Shown in pieces: positions 30,623-40,791 of a DNA stretch of 64,000 bases; position 1 is the first letter of the stretch, and each line of letters starts with the position of its first letter. Below the pieces are notes generated by a model. That model made no database searches, was not told the origin of the DNA, and was given only the letters and a program-made list of their open reading frames with translations. Source of the stretch: Gemmatimonadota bacterium (GTDB lineage: Bacteria > Latescibacterota > UBA2968 > UBA8231); contig JAYOYH010000002.1 in assembly GCA_038153405.1 (NCBI GenBank), forward strand, positions 64,001-128,000, in the 5' to 3' direction. The position numbers and the translations under genes were made by a program.

Positions 30623-32182
30623 CTAGCCGGAAGCCAATTCCACCAGCGATTGCGGAACCTGAGCGGCGATATCTCCGGCTAGCATACTCCACTCTCCAAG
30701 GCGATCGCGCGCCCGGTCTCCCGCAGCCCCGTGCACGTATACGGCAAGACAAGCCGCATCGGGCGCCGACAGACCCTGTGCCCAAAAACCGGCTACCAGC
30801 CCGGTGAGCACGTCGCCCGAGCCGGCGGTAGCCATGCCGGCATTGCCGGTGGGGTTGACGAGGACTTGCCCATCGGGCAGGGCGACCAGCGAGGGCGCAC
30901 CCTTCAGCACTATGACGGTGCGGTATTCTTGTGCAAACGCACGACTAACGCCTATCGGATCGGCGCGAACGGCCTCGCGAGGCATCCCCGTCAAGCGCGC
31001 GAATTCACCAATGTGCGGCGTCAAAATCGCATCGCCAGACCGCGCGCGCAGTCCGTCCGCGCAGCCGCTCAGCGCGTTGATTCCATCGGCATCCAGGACC
31101 AGCGGCAGCGGACAGCGCCGGACGATGCGGCGCACCAACTCAGCGGTCTCAGCGTGCGACCCCAGACCAGGTCCCAGAGCCAGCACGTCGGCGCGGCTGT
31201 ATAGCGCCTCGATCTGCCCCAGGGCGCGCAGCGCCAAACAGCGCCGGCGGCGCACTTCGGGCAAGGGGCGCGTCATGACCTCGGTCAGCATGCCCTCCAG
31301 CACGTCGTTGAGACTAGAGGGAATGCCCAAACTCACGCGCCCGGACCCAGCGCGCAGCGCCGCCGCGGCCGTCAGCGCCGCGGCCCCCGTCATGCCAACC
31401 GACCCAGCGACGACGGCCACGCTGCCACAGCTTCCCTTGTGCGCATCCCCCGAACGGCGCGGCAGCACGGCGCGCATGGCGTCGGCATCCAACAGGTGGG
31501 CAACGGGCGACACGGCCTGCACGGCGCGTTCGGCAAAGCCGATATCGGCCAAGTGCAGCACGCCGCAGCAGGCGCGCCCCGGATAGAATAGATGGCCCAC
31601 TTTTGGCAGGCCCAATCCCACCGTCAGCACGGCCTTTACGCCGCTTCCCGGCGTCGCCCCCGCGTCGGCATCAACGCCCGACGGTATATCGACGGCCACG
31701 ACGGGACGACCCGAACGGTTCAGCGCCTCAATGGCCCGGGCAATCCCCCCTTGCGGGGCTGAGCGCAGACCCATGCCCAACAGGGCGTCAACGGCCACGT
31801 CGCAGGTGGCTAGCGCCGCGGCAAATGCCTCGCCCCCGTCCGGCAGCACTTCCATCGTCACGCCCGCATCCTCCAAGCGGCGCAGGTGCTCGGCAGCGTC
31901 GCCTCGCACCCGCTCTCTCTCCGCAAATAGAAAGGCGCGCACGCGCGCGCCGCCGGCGTGCAAAAGGCGGCCCACGACAAACCCGTCGCCGCCGTTATTG
32001 CCCTTGCCGCACGCGACGACCGCACTTAATCCAACCAACCCATCCCAGCGCGCAGCTATCGCCTCGACAACCGCGCGGCCGGCGCGCTCCATCAGCTCGC
32101 TGCCGGGCACGCCGCATTGGTCAATCGTCATTCGATCTACCGCATACATCTGCTGGCTATTGACTATTTTGGTCCGCCGCAC
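30623..32182 (-). CDS. nnr: Bifunctional NAD(P)HX epimerase/dehydratase
   Basis: 'LMERAG', 'GKGNNGGDG', 'VDIPSG', 'HKGSCG', 'VLDADG', 'MATAGSGDVL'. Confidence 0.95.
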   Translation of the reverse strand: MRRTKIVNSQQMYAVDRMTIDQCGVPGSELMERAGRAVVEAIAARWDGLVGLSAVVACGKGNNGGDGFVVGRLLHAGGARVRAFLFAERERVRGDAAEHLRRLEDAGVTMEVLPDGGEAFAAALATCDVAVDALLGMGLRSAPQGGIARAIEALNRSGRPVVAVDIPSGVDADAGATPGSGVKAVLTVGLGLPKVGHLFYPGRACCGVLHLADIGFAERAVQAVSPVAHLLDADAMRAVLPRRSGDAHKGSCGSVAVVAGSVGMTGAAALTAAAALRAGSGRVSLGIPSSLNDVLEGMLTEVMTRPLPEVRRRRCLALRALGQIEALYSRADVLALGPGLGSHAETAELVRRIVRRCPLPLVLDADGINALSGCADGLRARSGDAILTPHIGEFARLTGMPREAVRADPIGVSRAFAQEYRTVIVLKGAPSLVALPDGQVLVNPTGNAGMATAGSGDVLTGLVAGFWAQGLSAPDAACLAVYVHGAAGDRARDRLGEWSMLAGDIAAQVPQSLVELASG

Positions 32183-32193
32183 CGCGCCCTCTT

Positions 32194-32925
32194 TCAGCTT
32201 TCCCAAGGACGAAGGATTTCGCGCAGCGAACGCGGCGCCTCCTCATCCCATTGCTCACCGGTATAGTGCATCAACACACCGCGAAGGTAGAGGCTCATCC
32301 ACAGCGACCAAGCGGCGAACACGCCGCAGAACATGCCCACGCCACTGAAAGCGCCCACAACGAGAAATGCGCCGAACGCCGCGCACTGAACGAGCGATCT
32401 TCCAGCGTGGGCAACGGCGAGCAGAGCGCTCTTGCGCAGCGTCTCCCCCACGCCCGTATCCTGCGTGACCAGCAGGGGCAATAGGTAGAGTGCTACCGCC
32501 GTTAGCGCCAGCAGCAACCACGCCATCAGCGCACCGAAGAACAGCCCCCACCAACCGGCAAAATCGCTGTAGAACGCGGCGTTTAGCACCAGCATGCCGC
32601 TGATGGCCAGCAGCACCAGCTGCAGCAACTGCGCGCGCACATACAACTTCTTTAGCAAGCGCAGCGCATCGCCCAAAACGACCTCTTGCCGGCGCACCCA
32701 GGCCGCGCCCACTATATAGACGAGCACCGATGGCGGCGAAAAAAAGACCAATACGACGGCCAGCACACCGCCGCCAATAGATCCCCAAGGGCCTAGGGCA
32801 AACCCGGTCTTGGCAATTGCGTAGGCGCAGGCCGCGTAGGGCAGATTCAACGCGCTCCACAGAACGTTGTACAGCACCACCCCACCCAGGTGGTCATAGC
32901 ACATCCACGCGTAGCGCTTGAGCAT
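32194..32925 (-). CDS. Membrane protein (YesL/DUF624-like)
   Basis: 5-6 hydrophobic helices, 'NVLW', 'LRKSALLA'; overlaps upstream stop by 1 nt. Confidence 0.6.
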   Translation of the reverse strand: MLKRYAWMCYDHLGGVVLYNVLWSALNLPYAACAYAIAKTGFALGPWGSIGGGVLAVVLVFFSPPSVLVYIVGAAWVRRQEVVLGDALRLLKKLYVRAQLLQLVLLAISGMLVLNAAFYSDFAGWWGLFFGALMAWLLLALTAVALYLLPLLVTQDTGVGETLRKSALLAVAHAGRSLVQCAAFGAFLVVGAFSGVGMFCGVFAAWSLWMSLYLRGVLMHYTGEQWDEEAPRSLREILRPWES

Positions 32926-34175
32926 CAGCCCCTTTCTATGCCGCGCAGCATAAACTCCGCATAGGTATGTGCCGTAAGGGATACGTCGCGCACGCGCACG
33001 CGCTCGTCTATGCCGTGCGCATTTTCGCCTTTGACGCCGTAGCCAATGCCGGGCATTCCCCCCTCAACGACGAAGTAGTGCAGATCGGTAAAACCCGTCG
33101 TAACGCGAAATCCCGCGCTGCGCCGGCGCACGCTGCGCACGGCGCTAGCAAAGGACTGACACAGAGGATGCTGTATATCGACGACGCACGGCTCAATGCG
33201 CAGCGGCGATTCAATGCGGCAGGTCGCCGGTTTACACTGGGCGGCGAGCCGCTCCAGCACCTTGCGCAGTTCCCCCTCCACGCGCGCGATCTGCTCGCCG
33301 GGAACCAAGCGGCGGTCCAGCGAAAACCCGGCGCGCGCGGGCACGGTGTTTATTTTGTCGCCGGCGCCGCCGGCAAATACGCCGCCCACATTGAGCGTTG
33401 GGTTTCGATACAGACCATTGAAATCGCGGTAGCGGCGCGCACTCGCAGAGAGCTTGTCTTTATATGCACCCAGGCCAATCGCCATGGAGGCCATCGCTTC
33501 AAAGGCATTGACGCCGTCCTGCGGGCGCGAAGCGTGAGCAGACTTGCCGCCGATATCGACCTCCAACCACAGCACGCCGTTGTGACCACAGCCCACCTGT
33601 GCTCCCGCCGCACCTTCACATACCACGGCGTAGTCGGCCTTGCACAGCCCTTCGCGCACTACGTAGCCAGCACCCAACTGGCCCCCGGTTTCCTCGTCGG
33701 CGGTGAACGAGCACTCGATATTAAACGCCGGCTCGACGCCGCTCTCCCGCAGTGCGCCAATGGCCATCAGCAGCGCGGCAATCGATCCTTTCATATCGCC
33801 CGAGCCGCGACCATAGACGCAACCGGCGGCCACGCCGGGCTCAAACGGATCGCCAAAGCGCCACGGACCTGCAACCGGCACGACATCGTAATGGGCATTA
33901 AAGTGCACCGTCTGCGCCGCGCCCACATCCCAACGGGCAATTAAATTGTAGCGCGGATGGTCAGCTGAGCCGAGCAGGGCGCGAACCTGATCGTCTGGCA
34001 CTCGATGTATATCGACCGACAGGCCGACCCGCTCGCTCTGCTCCTTGAGTAAATCGACCATTTCGCGATATCGACAACCCGGTGGGTTTACCGTCGGCAC
34101 GCGCACCATGTCCTGCAGCATGCCGAGCAGCAGCTGTTCACTGCGATCGATGTAGTCGTGTTCCCTACTGCCCAT
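32925..34175 (-). CDS. M20 family amidohydrolase (ArgE/DapE-like)
   Basis: 'FNAHYDVVP', 'YGRGSGDMKG', 'DEETGG', 'AH..DE'. Confidence 0.92.
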   Translation of the reverse strand: MGSREHDYIDRSEQLLLGMLQDMVRVPTVNPPGCRYREMVDLLKEQSERVGLSVDIHRVPDDQVRALLGSADHPRYNLIARWDVGAAQTVHFNAHYDVVPVAGPWRFGDPFEPGVAAGCVYGRGSGDMKGSIAALLMAIGALRESGVEPAFNIECSFTADEETGGQLGAGYVVREGLCKADYAVVCEGAAGAQVGCGHNGVLWLEVDIGGKSAHASRPQDGVNAFEAMASMAIGLGAYKDKLSASARRYRDFNGLYRNPTLNVGGVFAGGAGDKINTVPARAGFSLDRRLVPGEQIARVEGELRKVLERLAAQCKPATCRIESPLRIEPCVVDIQHPLCQSFASAVRSVRRRSAGFRVTTGFTDLHYFVVEGGMPGIGYGVKGENAHGIDERVRVRDVSLTAHTYAEFMLRGIERG

Positions 34176-34184
34176 ATAGACTCC

Positions 34185-35327
34185 CTATGCGCCCTGTGGG
34201 CGCACGCGAATTTCAGTTGAGGAAATATCCATGCGGAAGGCGCTCTCGGCGATGGGTGCAAAGAGCGCCCCCAACGCGGCAGGCACGGCCACGTCGTCCA
34301 GCGTTTGATACCTGCTCTGCATGCGCCGACCGGCAACCCAAAAGCACACGCCGCGGTCGAGCAGCTCGGCCAACGCGCGCTGCATGGCCGCCCGGCCTCC
34401 GTCGTAGTACTTGCCGTCGACCAGACGCATCGCCGTATCACAACCAATGGCAAAGTGCGGGGCGCTAAAATGGGAGGCCTTGCCGTAAAACGTGGGCTCG
34501 CGCGTGAGAATAGCGCGAAAGCGACCGCGCAGCGGCGCCAGGCGCTTGTCGATATCGGCGCGGTCGAGCGGCGCTTTGTCGACATTGTAAACGGAAAGTT
34601 CCAGCGCCGCGGCCCGACCGCTCAGCTGTCCGGCCACCTGCGCCAACTGACAGTGTCCCTCGTGCAGCGGATTGAAAGAGCCCGGGTAGAGCAGGCGGCC
34701 TGTGCGTTCGACGTCGACGTGCACCGCACCGTCTATACCGATTTCGACCACGTCCAATGCGCCGCTGAGAAGCAGCTCGAGCGGATCGCCGAGGTCGATC
34801 TGCTCGGCACCGATATCGGCCCACTCCGGCAATTGTGCATCAAAGCGCACGTCGAATGCCCCGGCGATATGACCCAGCGCCCAGCGGCTCAGCACCTGCT
34901 CCTGCTCGGCGCGCCCGGCCGCGCCCTTGCGCAGGAACAGCTCGCAAAAGCGATAGCACTCGGCGGTGCGCAGGGCCAAATGGGCGCGGTCGTCTCCGCG
35001 CCGAGCCCGTTGCGTGGCCAGCGCGGCCGTCAACCCAATGCCGAGGTGAGGCACCGAGCGCTCGCCGCAGCGACGAGCGCGGCCATAGGCCACGGCAGCC
35101 ATATCGCGAGCGGTTGCCCTCGCGACGCGATGAGGCCCAGGCGCCTGCACGTATTCCTCCAACACCTTATTGCCATAGGGAATTTGCGCCTCGAGCAGCA
35201 CGCGTGAGGCCCCGGGGTGGTCGAAGAGCCAGTTGAGCAGAGCGGAGCCGCCGCCCGTCACCGCCAGTGCCACGTGCATGTCGCCCTTTGTGATATCCTC
35301 GACAGCCGACCAGATTGCGCTATCCAT
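34185..35327 (-). CDS. CinA/PncC-like domain fused to NadD-like nucleotidyltransferase
   Basis: N-terminal 'VTGGG...PGAS...PY...MA..A...GIGLT'; C-terminal 'PGSFNPLHEGH' and 'DISSTEIR'. Confidence 0.75.
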   Translation of the reverse strand: MDSAIWSAVEDITKGDMHVALAVTGGGSALLNWLFDHPGASRVLLEAQIPYGNKVLEEYVQAPGPHRVARATARDMAAVAYGRARRCGERSVPHLGIGLTAALATQRARRGDDRAHLALRTAECYRFCELFLRKGAAGRAEQEQVLSRWALGHIAGAFDVRFDAQLPEWADIGAEQIDLGDPLELLLSGALDVVEIGIDGAVHVDVERTGRLLYPGSFNPLHEGHCQLAQVAGQLSGRAAALELSVYNVDKAPLDRADIDKRLAPLRGRFRAILTREPTFYGKASHFSAPHFAIGCDTAMRLVDGKYYDGGRAAMQRALAELLDRGVCFWVAGRRMQSRYQTLDDVAVPAALGALFAPIAESAFRMDISSTEIRVRPQGA

Positions 35328-35331
35328 CGCC

Positions 35332-36747
35332 TTAGCCGAGAAAAAAATCAAGCGCTCCGCGCACGCCCCAGACCGTCAGGAAGAGACCGCTAGCGAGGTT
35401 GAGCAACAGCAAACCGGTTCCCATGCGCAGCGGTTTGGGCAAGAAGGTGCGATCTGTCCACACCATGAGCAAACACCACAGGCCGCAGGTCAGCACGCCG
35501 CCAAATATGGCCGCCGGCGTTACAATGTCCACCGGATTGCCCCCAGCCCACATAATGGCAATACCGCTAACGCCGCAGTAGGCGACGACCCATGGGCGCA
35601 GCGCGCCGATTGACATCGCGCGCACTTTCTGGGAAACCGGTCGCAGACACTCGTGCGTAGTCCGCACGTAAAGCTCATAGGCCGCCATAATCGTGCCAAA
35701 AAACGCCGTAAAAACGCCGAATTGGTATAGGTAGAGCAGGGCCGGATGCAGGCGCACAAGAAAATCGGCTTGCACCGTTAGCAGCTGCGCGTTGGCCGGT
35801 ACGATTTGCTCGGGGCGCAGCACGGCAGCGCCGAGAATCATAAACGCCATCGTAAAGAGGACGACGCAGCCAAAGGAAACGGCCGAATCGACCAGCGGTC
35901 CGCGCAGCCACTGGCGACCAAGCGCGGCGTTCTCCTCATCGTCGGCAATGGCCACGCCCTCGGGACCGGCTGTGGTCGAACGCCCCATCAGCCCCCATGC
36001 TTTTTCCCGCAGCATGCCGATGTAGCCAAAGTAATCCTGCGAACCCCCGCCAATGGCCCCCAAGTAGGTTCCCAACTCCAACACCGCCGAGCGCGCCGCA
36101 ATGGCCGGATACTTGGCCGTCACCCAGCCCTCATAGACGGGCATAGTCGGCACAACCGTGCCCAGCACAACGGCCAGCCAGTCGGGCTGAGCCGCCGCGG
36201 CCGCCGTGAGAATAGACAGCAGCAGCACGCTGACGACAGCCGTTTGTGCCTTTTCCAAGGCGCCGTAGCTCTGGACCATGGTTATGGCAATAGCCAATAG
36301 CGCAAAGGCCGTTCCCCAAACCCTGTCGTCGCCCCATATGGCCTGTCCTTCCACACCGAGTATCCACACGACGAGACCGCCCAACATTTTCGGCAATCCA
36401 GATAGCCAGAGCGGAAAGCACAGCACCGTCATAATGGCCAATACCCAAACGACCCAGCCGCGCGGACCTGGCAGATAGGCCCAGCGTTCGATCGGATGCT
36501 CGCCGGTAAGCGTCATATAGCGCGCCGCCGTATAGACCTGGACGAACTTCATCAGCCCCCCTCCGACAAAGCACCAGAGCAGAGCGTAGCCAAATATGGC
36601 GCCGCCGCGCGAGGCGAACACCGTCTCGCCGCTGCCAATGGTTACCGAGGCGATGATCGCACCCGGTCCAAAAATGCGCAGCATCGCCCCCAAACCGCGC
36701 GCCTTCATGTCCTCACTAAGTGCCGGATAGCGAAGAGCTTGGCCCAT
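35332..36747 (-). CDS. Nramp-like/APC-superfamily transporter
   Basis: 'GPGAIIASVTIGSGE', 'GAIFGYALLW', about 11 TMs. Confidence 0.85.
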   Translation of the reverse strand: MGQALRYPALSEDMKARGLGAMLRIFGPGAIIASVTIGSGETVFASRGGAIFGYALLWCFVGGGLMKFVQVYTAARYMTLTGEHPIERWAYLPGPRGWVVWVLAIMTVLCFPLWLSGLPKMLGGLVVWILGVEGQAIWGDDRVWGTAFALLAIAITMVQSYGALEKAQTAVVSVLLLSILTAAAAAQPDWLAVVLGTVVPTMPVYEGWVTAKYPAIAARSAVLELGTYLGAIGGGSQDYFGYIGMLREKAWGLMGRSTTAGPEGVAIADDEENAALGRQWLRGPLVDSAVSFGCVVLFTMAFMILGAAVLRPEQIVPANAQLLTVQADFLVRLHPALLYLYQFGVFTAFFGTIMAAYELYVRTTHECLRPVSQKVRAMSIGALRPWVVAYCGVSGIAIMWAGGNPVDIVTPAAIFGGVLTCGLWCLLMVWTDRTFLPKPLRMGTGLLLLNLASGLFLTVWGVRGALDFFLG

Positions 36748-36861
36748 TCTATTTCTCCCGTTTTAAGCGCTGGACGAGGTATGATACCGCCGACCGATTC
36801 GCTTGTCAAATACGGGAGCACCCAGCATATTTGCCTTTTCATCAATTGCGCGGAGACCACC

Positions 36862-37800
36862 ATGCGTATAACTAAAGCCGTCGTTCCCGTGGCCGGTCTA
36901 GGCACGCGCCTGCTGCCCACGACCAAGGCCGTTCCCAAAGAAATGCTGCCGGTCGGACGCCATCCCATCATTCAGCACGTAGTCGAAGAACTCATCGAAG
37001 CCGGCATTACCGACATTCTCTTTGTCTCCAGCCGCAGCAAGAGCGCGATCGAAAACCACTTCGACGACTATTCGGAACTGATCATCCACCTAGAGCAGGG
37101 CCGCCACGAGATGAGTCAGGTGAGCCGCTTTGACTACCGCCAGCGCGGTATCGAATTCTTCTTTACGCGCCAGCAGGTACCCCTCGGACAGACCAAACCG
37201 CTTGGCACCGGCGATGCAGTAGCCGCCGCAGAGAGCTTTATTGGAGACGAATCCTTCGTCGTCGCCTTTGGCGATAGCATCGTGCGCTCGCCAAGCGCTC
37301 CCACGCTGCTGCAGCGCATGGTCACCTCGCACGCCCAAAACACATCAGCCTGTACCATCGCCGCCTATGAGGTGCCCCAAGAACTGGTGCACCACTACGG
37401 CATCGTCGTACCGCGCGCAGAGGAGATCGGCCACCCCGATTGCCGCCTAGCCGATATTCTGGAAAAACCCGCGCCCGACCAAACGCCCAGTCGCCTAGCC
37501 ATCAGCGCGCGCTACGTATTTTCCGCCGATATCTTCGCGCGCATTCGCAGCGTGCCTCCCGCGCCCAACGGCGAGGTCTACCTAACGGACGCCATAGCCG
37601 CGCAGATAGGGTCCAACTGCATGGTGCGCGCCGTAGCGCTGCAGCGCGGCGAAGTGCGCTACGACATAGGCAATCATCGAGCCTATTTCAAAACGTTTAT
37701 CGACTATGCACTCGCCGATCCCGAGTGCGGGGACGAAATGCGCACGTATATGGAGGACCTGCTCAAAAAGGGCACTTCGAGTTCGCTTGACAAAGGCTAG
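36862..37800 (+). CDS. galU: UTP-glucose-1-phosphate uridylyltransferase
   Basis: 'KAVVPVAGLGTRLLPTTKAVPKEMLP', 'GTGDAV', 'EKP', 'LTDAI', 'YDIG'. Confidence 0.9.
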   Translation: MRITKAVVPVAGLGTRLLPTTKAVPKEMLPVGRHPIIQHVVEELIEAGITDILFVSSRSKSAIENHFDDYSELIIHLEQGRHEMSQVSRFDYRQRGIEFFFTRQQVPLGQTKPLGTGDAVAAAESFIGDESFVVAFGDSIVRSPSAPTLLQRMVTSHAQNTSACTIAAYEVPQELVHHYGIVVPRAEEIGHPDCRLADILEKPAPDQTPSRLAISARYVFSADIFARIRSVPPAPNGEVYLTDAIAAQIGSNCMVRAVALQRGEVRYDIGNHRAYFKTFIDYALADPECGDEMRTYMEDLLKKGTSSSLDKG

Positions 37801-37881
37801 GCTGTCTGTACTTTACCCGTCTCATTGCATGCACACACCATTTAGTCCACGTATCCAACACATTCATAACAAGGTGAAATC

Positions 37882-40113
37882 ATGAGTCCTTCCAGTTGGA
37901 AAGAGGCGCTGGCCGATCGCATAGCCGGTGACTTAGCCGAAGAGATCGACATCTTCGAGACGCAGATCCACCTGCGCAAGCAGGGCAAAATCGAAGAGAA
38001 GCTCTTTGCAGAAACGCGCCTGCGCCGCGGAGCCTATGGCCAGCGCTATGACAACGGCCAGCGCAATGACGGATCCAAAACGCAACGGCTGCGCTATCCC
38101 GATGTGCCGACCAAAGGTCCCGACACCGTGTGGGATGCCCCCGGTATGATGCGCATCAAGATTCCCTTTGGTGGACTCAACTGCGAGCAAATGGAAGTCC
38201 TCGCCGATTTGGCCGAGGAATACTCCGACGAAATCCTGCACATCACCACGCGTCAGGACATTCAGCTGCACTACGTCCATATCGACGACACGCCGGACCT
38301 CATGCGCCGCCTGGCCGCCGTCGGCATCACCACGCGCGAGGCCTGCGGCAACTCCGTGCGCAATATCACCGCCTGCCCGCTGTCCGGCATCTGCCACACC
38401 GAGCTCTTCGACGTCACGCCCTACGCGCAGGCGACCATGCGCTTCCTGCTCGGACACGAGGACTGCCAAGACTTCGGTCGCAAATTCAAAATTGCCTTTT
38501 CCGGCTGCCGCCACGAGGCCTGCGGCCTGGCCAATATGCACGATATGGGCGCGGTCGCCGCTGTGCGCCAAGTCGACGGCGTGCAACAGCGCGGCTTTGA
38601 GCTCTACGTCGGCGGCGGTCTAGGCGCCGTCCCGCACCATGCCCAACTCTACAGCGATTTTATTCCCGAAGAAGAGCTCTTGCCGACGGCTCAGGCCATC
38701 GCCCGCGTGTTTGCCCGCCTCGGCGAAAAGCGCAACCGCAACCGGGCGCGCATCAAGTTTCTCATCGCCAAGATTGGCATCGAAGAATTCCGCCGCCTGG
38801 TCGAGGAGGAGCGCAATATACTGCCCCCCGACCCGCGCTGGACGGCGTATTTGAGCGACCTCAGCGCCTATGACGAAGAGCCGCTCAAGGAGGCACAGCC
38901 GCTCAACGGCGCCCCGCAGGAAACCGACTTTGTCGAGTGGAAGCGCACCAACGTCTATCCACAGCGCCAAAGCGGATATAGTGCGGCCACTGTCGCCCTG
39001 CCGCTGGGCGACCTAACTTCGCGCCAAATGCGCCAACTCGCGTCGATCTGTGGCCAGTACGTCAAGGACACCGTGCGCACAACGGTCGAACAGAACATCG
39101 TGCTGCGCTGGGTTAGCGACGCCGACCTGCCGCAGCTCTACGCCGCGCTCAAGGTGGCTGGACTCGGCCAGCCCGGAGCGGGTACTATCGTCGATATCAC
39201 CTCCTGTCCCGGCACCGACACCTGCAAACTGGGCATTGCCTCGTCGCGCGGTCTAGCCGCCGAGTTGCGCAAGCGGCTAGCGATTAAGAGCACTCAGCTA
39301 GACGCGGCCGTTGAAGGCCTGCGCATCAAGATCAGCGGCTGCTTTAACTCCTGCGGCCAGCACCACGCCGCCGATATCGGCTTCTACGGCAACAGCCGCA
39401 AGATCAACGGCATCACCGTGCCCCACTTTCAGGTGGTACTGGGCGGCCAGTGGCGAGAAAATGCGGGCTCATTTGGCCTAGCCATGGGCGCGGTGCCATC
39501 CAAGAACATACCCGATGTCGTCGACCGCCTAGCGCAGCGCTTTATCGAAGAGCGCCAGAAAGAAGAATCCTTTCAGGTCTATATCCAGCGCATAGGCAAG
39601 CGCGATATCAAGGCCATGCTCGACGACCTGACACTGGTGCCGACGTTTGAAGAAAACTCCTGGTACTATCAAGACTGGGGCGATACGCGCGCCTACACCA
39701 TTGATGATTTAGGCAAGGGCGAGTGCGCCGGCGAAGTGGTTTCGGCTACGGTCATGGAGATCGCCTCGGCTGAACGCGAGGTATTCGAAGCACAGGTGGC
39801 CCTAGAGGACGGGCAGATCGACCGCGCAACGCAGAGCGCTTATCGAGCTATTGTGCGCTCGGCGCGCGCCCTCGTCCGCGAACAGTATTACGACGTTCCC
39901 GACAACGCCGACGCCGTAGTGGGCGAATTCCGCACCCGTTTCTTCGAGAGCGAACTGTTTTCGCTGCAGTTTGCCAACTACTTCTTCACCGCGCATCAGG
40001 AGGGAACCGTTGGATTGGACGCAACGGCCGCACACCGACGCATCGAAGAGGCACAGCTCTTCATAGAAGGAGCCTATACCTGCTATGATAAGATCGCTGC
40101 GCAACCAGCCTGA
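37882..40113 (+). CDS. Ferredoxin-dependent nitrite/sulfite reductase with C-terminal HEPN-like domain
   Basis: 'MMRIKIP', 'HITTRQDIQ', 'CPGTDTC', 'ISGCFNSCGQH'; helical C-terminal extension 'QSAYRA..SARAL'. Confidence 0.9.
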   Translation: MSPSSWKEALADRIAGDLAEEIDIFETQIHLRKQGKIEEKLFAETRLRRGAYGQRYDNGQRNDGSKTQRLRYPDVPTKGPDTVWDAPGMMRIKIPFGGLNCEQMEVLADLAEEYSDEILHITTRQDIQLHYVHIDDTPDLMRRLAAVGITTREACGNSVRNITACPLSGICHTELFDVTPYAQATMRFLLGHEDCQDFGRKFKIAFSGCRHEACGLANMHDMGAVAAVRQVDGVQQRGFELYVGGGLGAVPHHAQLYSDFIPEEELLPTAQAIARVFARLGEKRNRNRARIKFLIAKIGIEEFRRLVEEERNILPPDPRWTAYLSDLSAYDEEPLKEAQPLNGAPQETDFVEWKRTNVYPQRQSGYSAATVALPLGDLTSRQMRQLASICGQYVKDTVRTTVEQNIVLRWVSDADLPQLYAALKVAGLGQPGAGTIVDITSCPGTDTCKLGIASSRGLAAELRKRLAIKSTQLDAAVEGLRIKISGCFNSCGQHHAADIGFYGNSRKINGITVPHFQVVLGGQWRENAGSFGLAMGAVPSKNIPDVVDRLAQRFIEERQKEESFQVYIQRIGKRDIKAMLDDLTLVPTFEENSWYYQDWGDTRAYTIDDLGKGECAGEVVSATVMEIASAEREVFEAQVALEDGQIDRATQSAYRAIVRSARALVREQYYDVPDNADAVVGEFRTRFFESELFSLQFANYFFTAHQEGTVGLDATAAHRRIEEAQLFIEGAYTCYDKIAAQPA

Positions 40114-40127
40114 GAGAGGGGAGCACT

Positions 40128-40706
40128 ATGGAAAAATTACAGCGCATCAATGTAAAACTCTACCTGAGCGATGCCGACAGCCTGTCCAGCGATGAGGCCT
40201 TTCGCGTCTTCAATGGGTGGATTGCCGAGAGCGGCGACGAAGTGCTCATCGACGTGGCCGACTACAGCCACGTCGGACGCGGCCCCGAGACCATTCTCAT
40301 CGGACACGAGGCCAACTATATCCTCGATAGCGACGGCGGGGAAGCGGGTTTGCTGTACGCGCGCAAACAGGACCAGAGCGGAGACGTGCAGGATCGCCTG
40401 CGCGGCGCACTGGCGGCGGCCCTGCGCGCCTGCCGGCGACTCGAGACCGAACCAGAATTGGCCAACAAGGTCTCCTTTCGCGGCGGCGACATCAAAGTTA
40501 CGGCCAACGACCGCCAGCTAGCACCCAATACCGAAGAGGGCGAACGCGATTTGCGCGCCGCCCTCGAGCCCGTTCTCGACGAGCTCTTTGCCGGCGCTCA
40601 GTACGCTGTCGAACGCGATGTCTCGAACCGCGAACGACTCAATCTACGCGTGCGGGCAAAAGGCGATTTTAGCGCCGAAATCCTACTGGCCAATTTGGCT
40701 TCTTAA
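40128..40706 (+). CDS. Hypothetical protein coupled to nitrite/sulfite reductase
   Basis: GGGGAG RBS 14 nt after reductase stop; motif-like 'LIDVADYSHV..GP..ILIGHEANY', 'NDR.LAPN'. Confidence 0.75.
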   Translation: MEKLQRINVKLYLSDADSLSSDEAFRVFNGWIAESGDEVLIDVADYSHVGRGPETILIGHEANYILDSDGGEAGLLYARKQDQSGDVQDRLRGALAAALRACRRLETEPELANKVSFRGGDIKVTANDRQLAPNTEEGERDLRAALEPVLDELFAGAQYAVERDVSNRERLNLRVRAKGDFSAEILLANLAS

Positions 40707-40791
40707 AGTTGCTTGACAAAAGCAAAGGCCGCGCTATCTTAGCGATTGATTAGACCGCTTCGGCAAAGAATGACCCATTTAGGAGGAACCT

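Noticed and set aside
39780..40113. HEPN-like tail as a toxin or defence RNase
   Set aside because: No convincing Rx4-6H catalytic motif, it is fused to a metabolic enzyme, and there is no defence context
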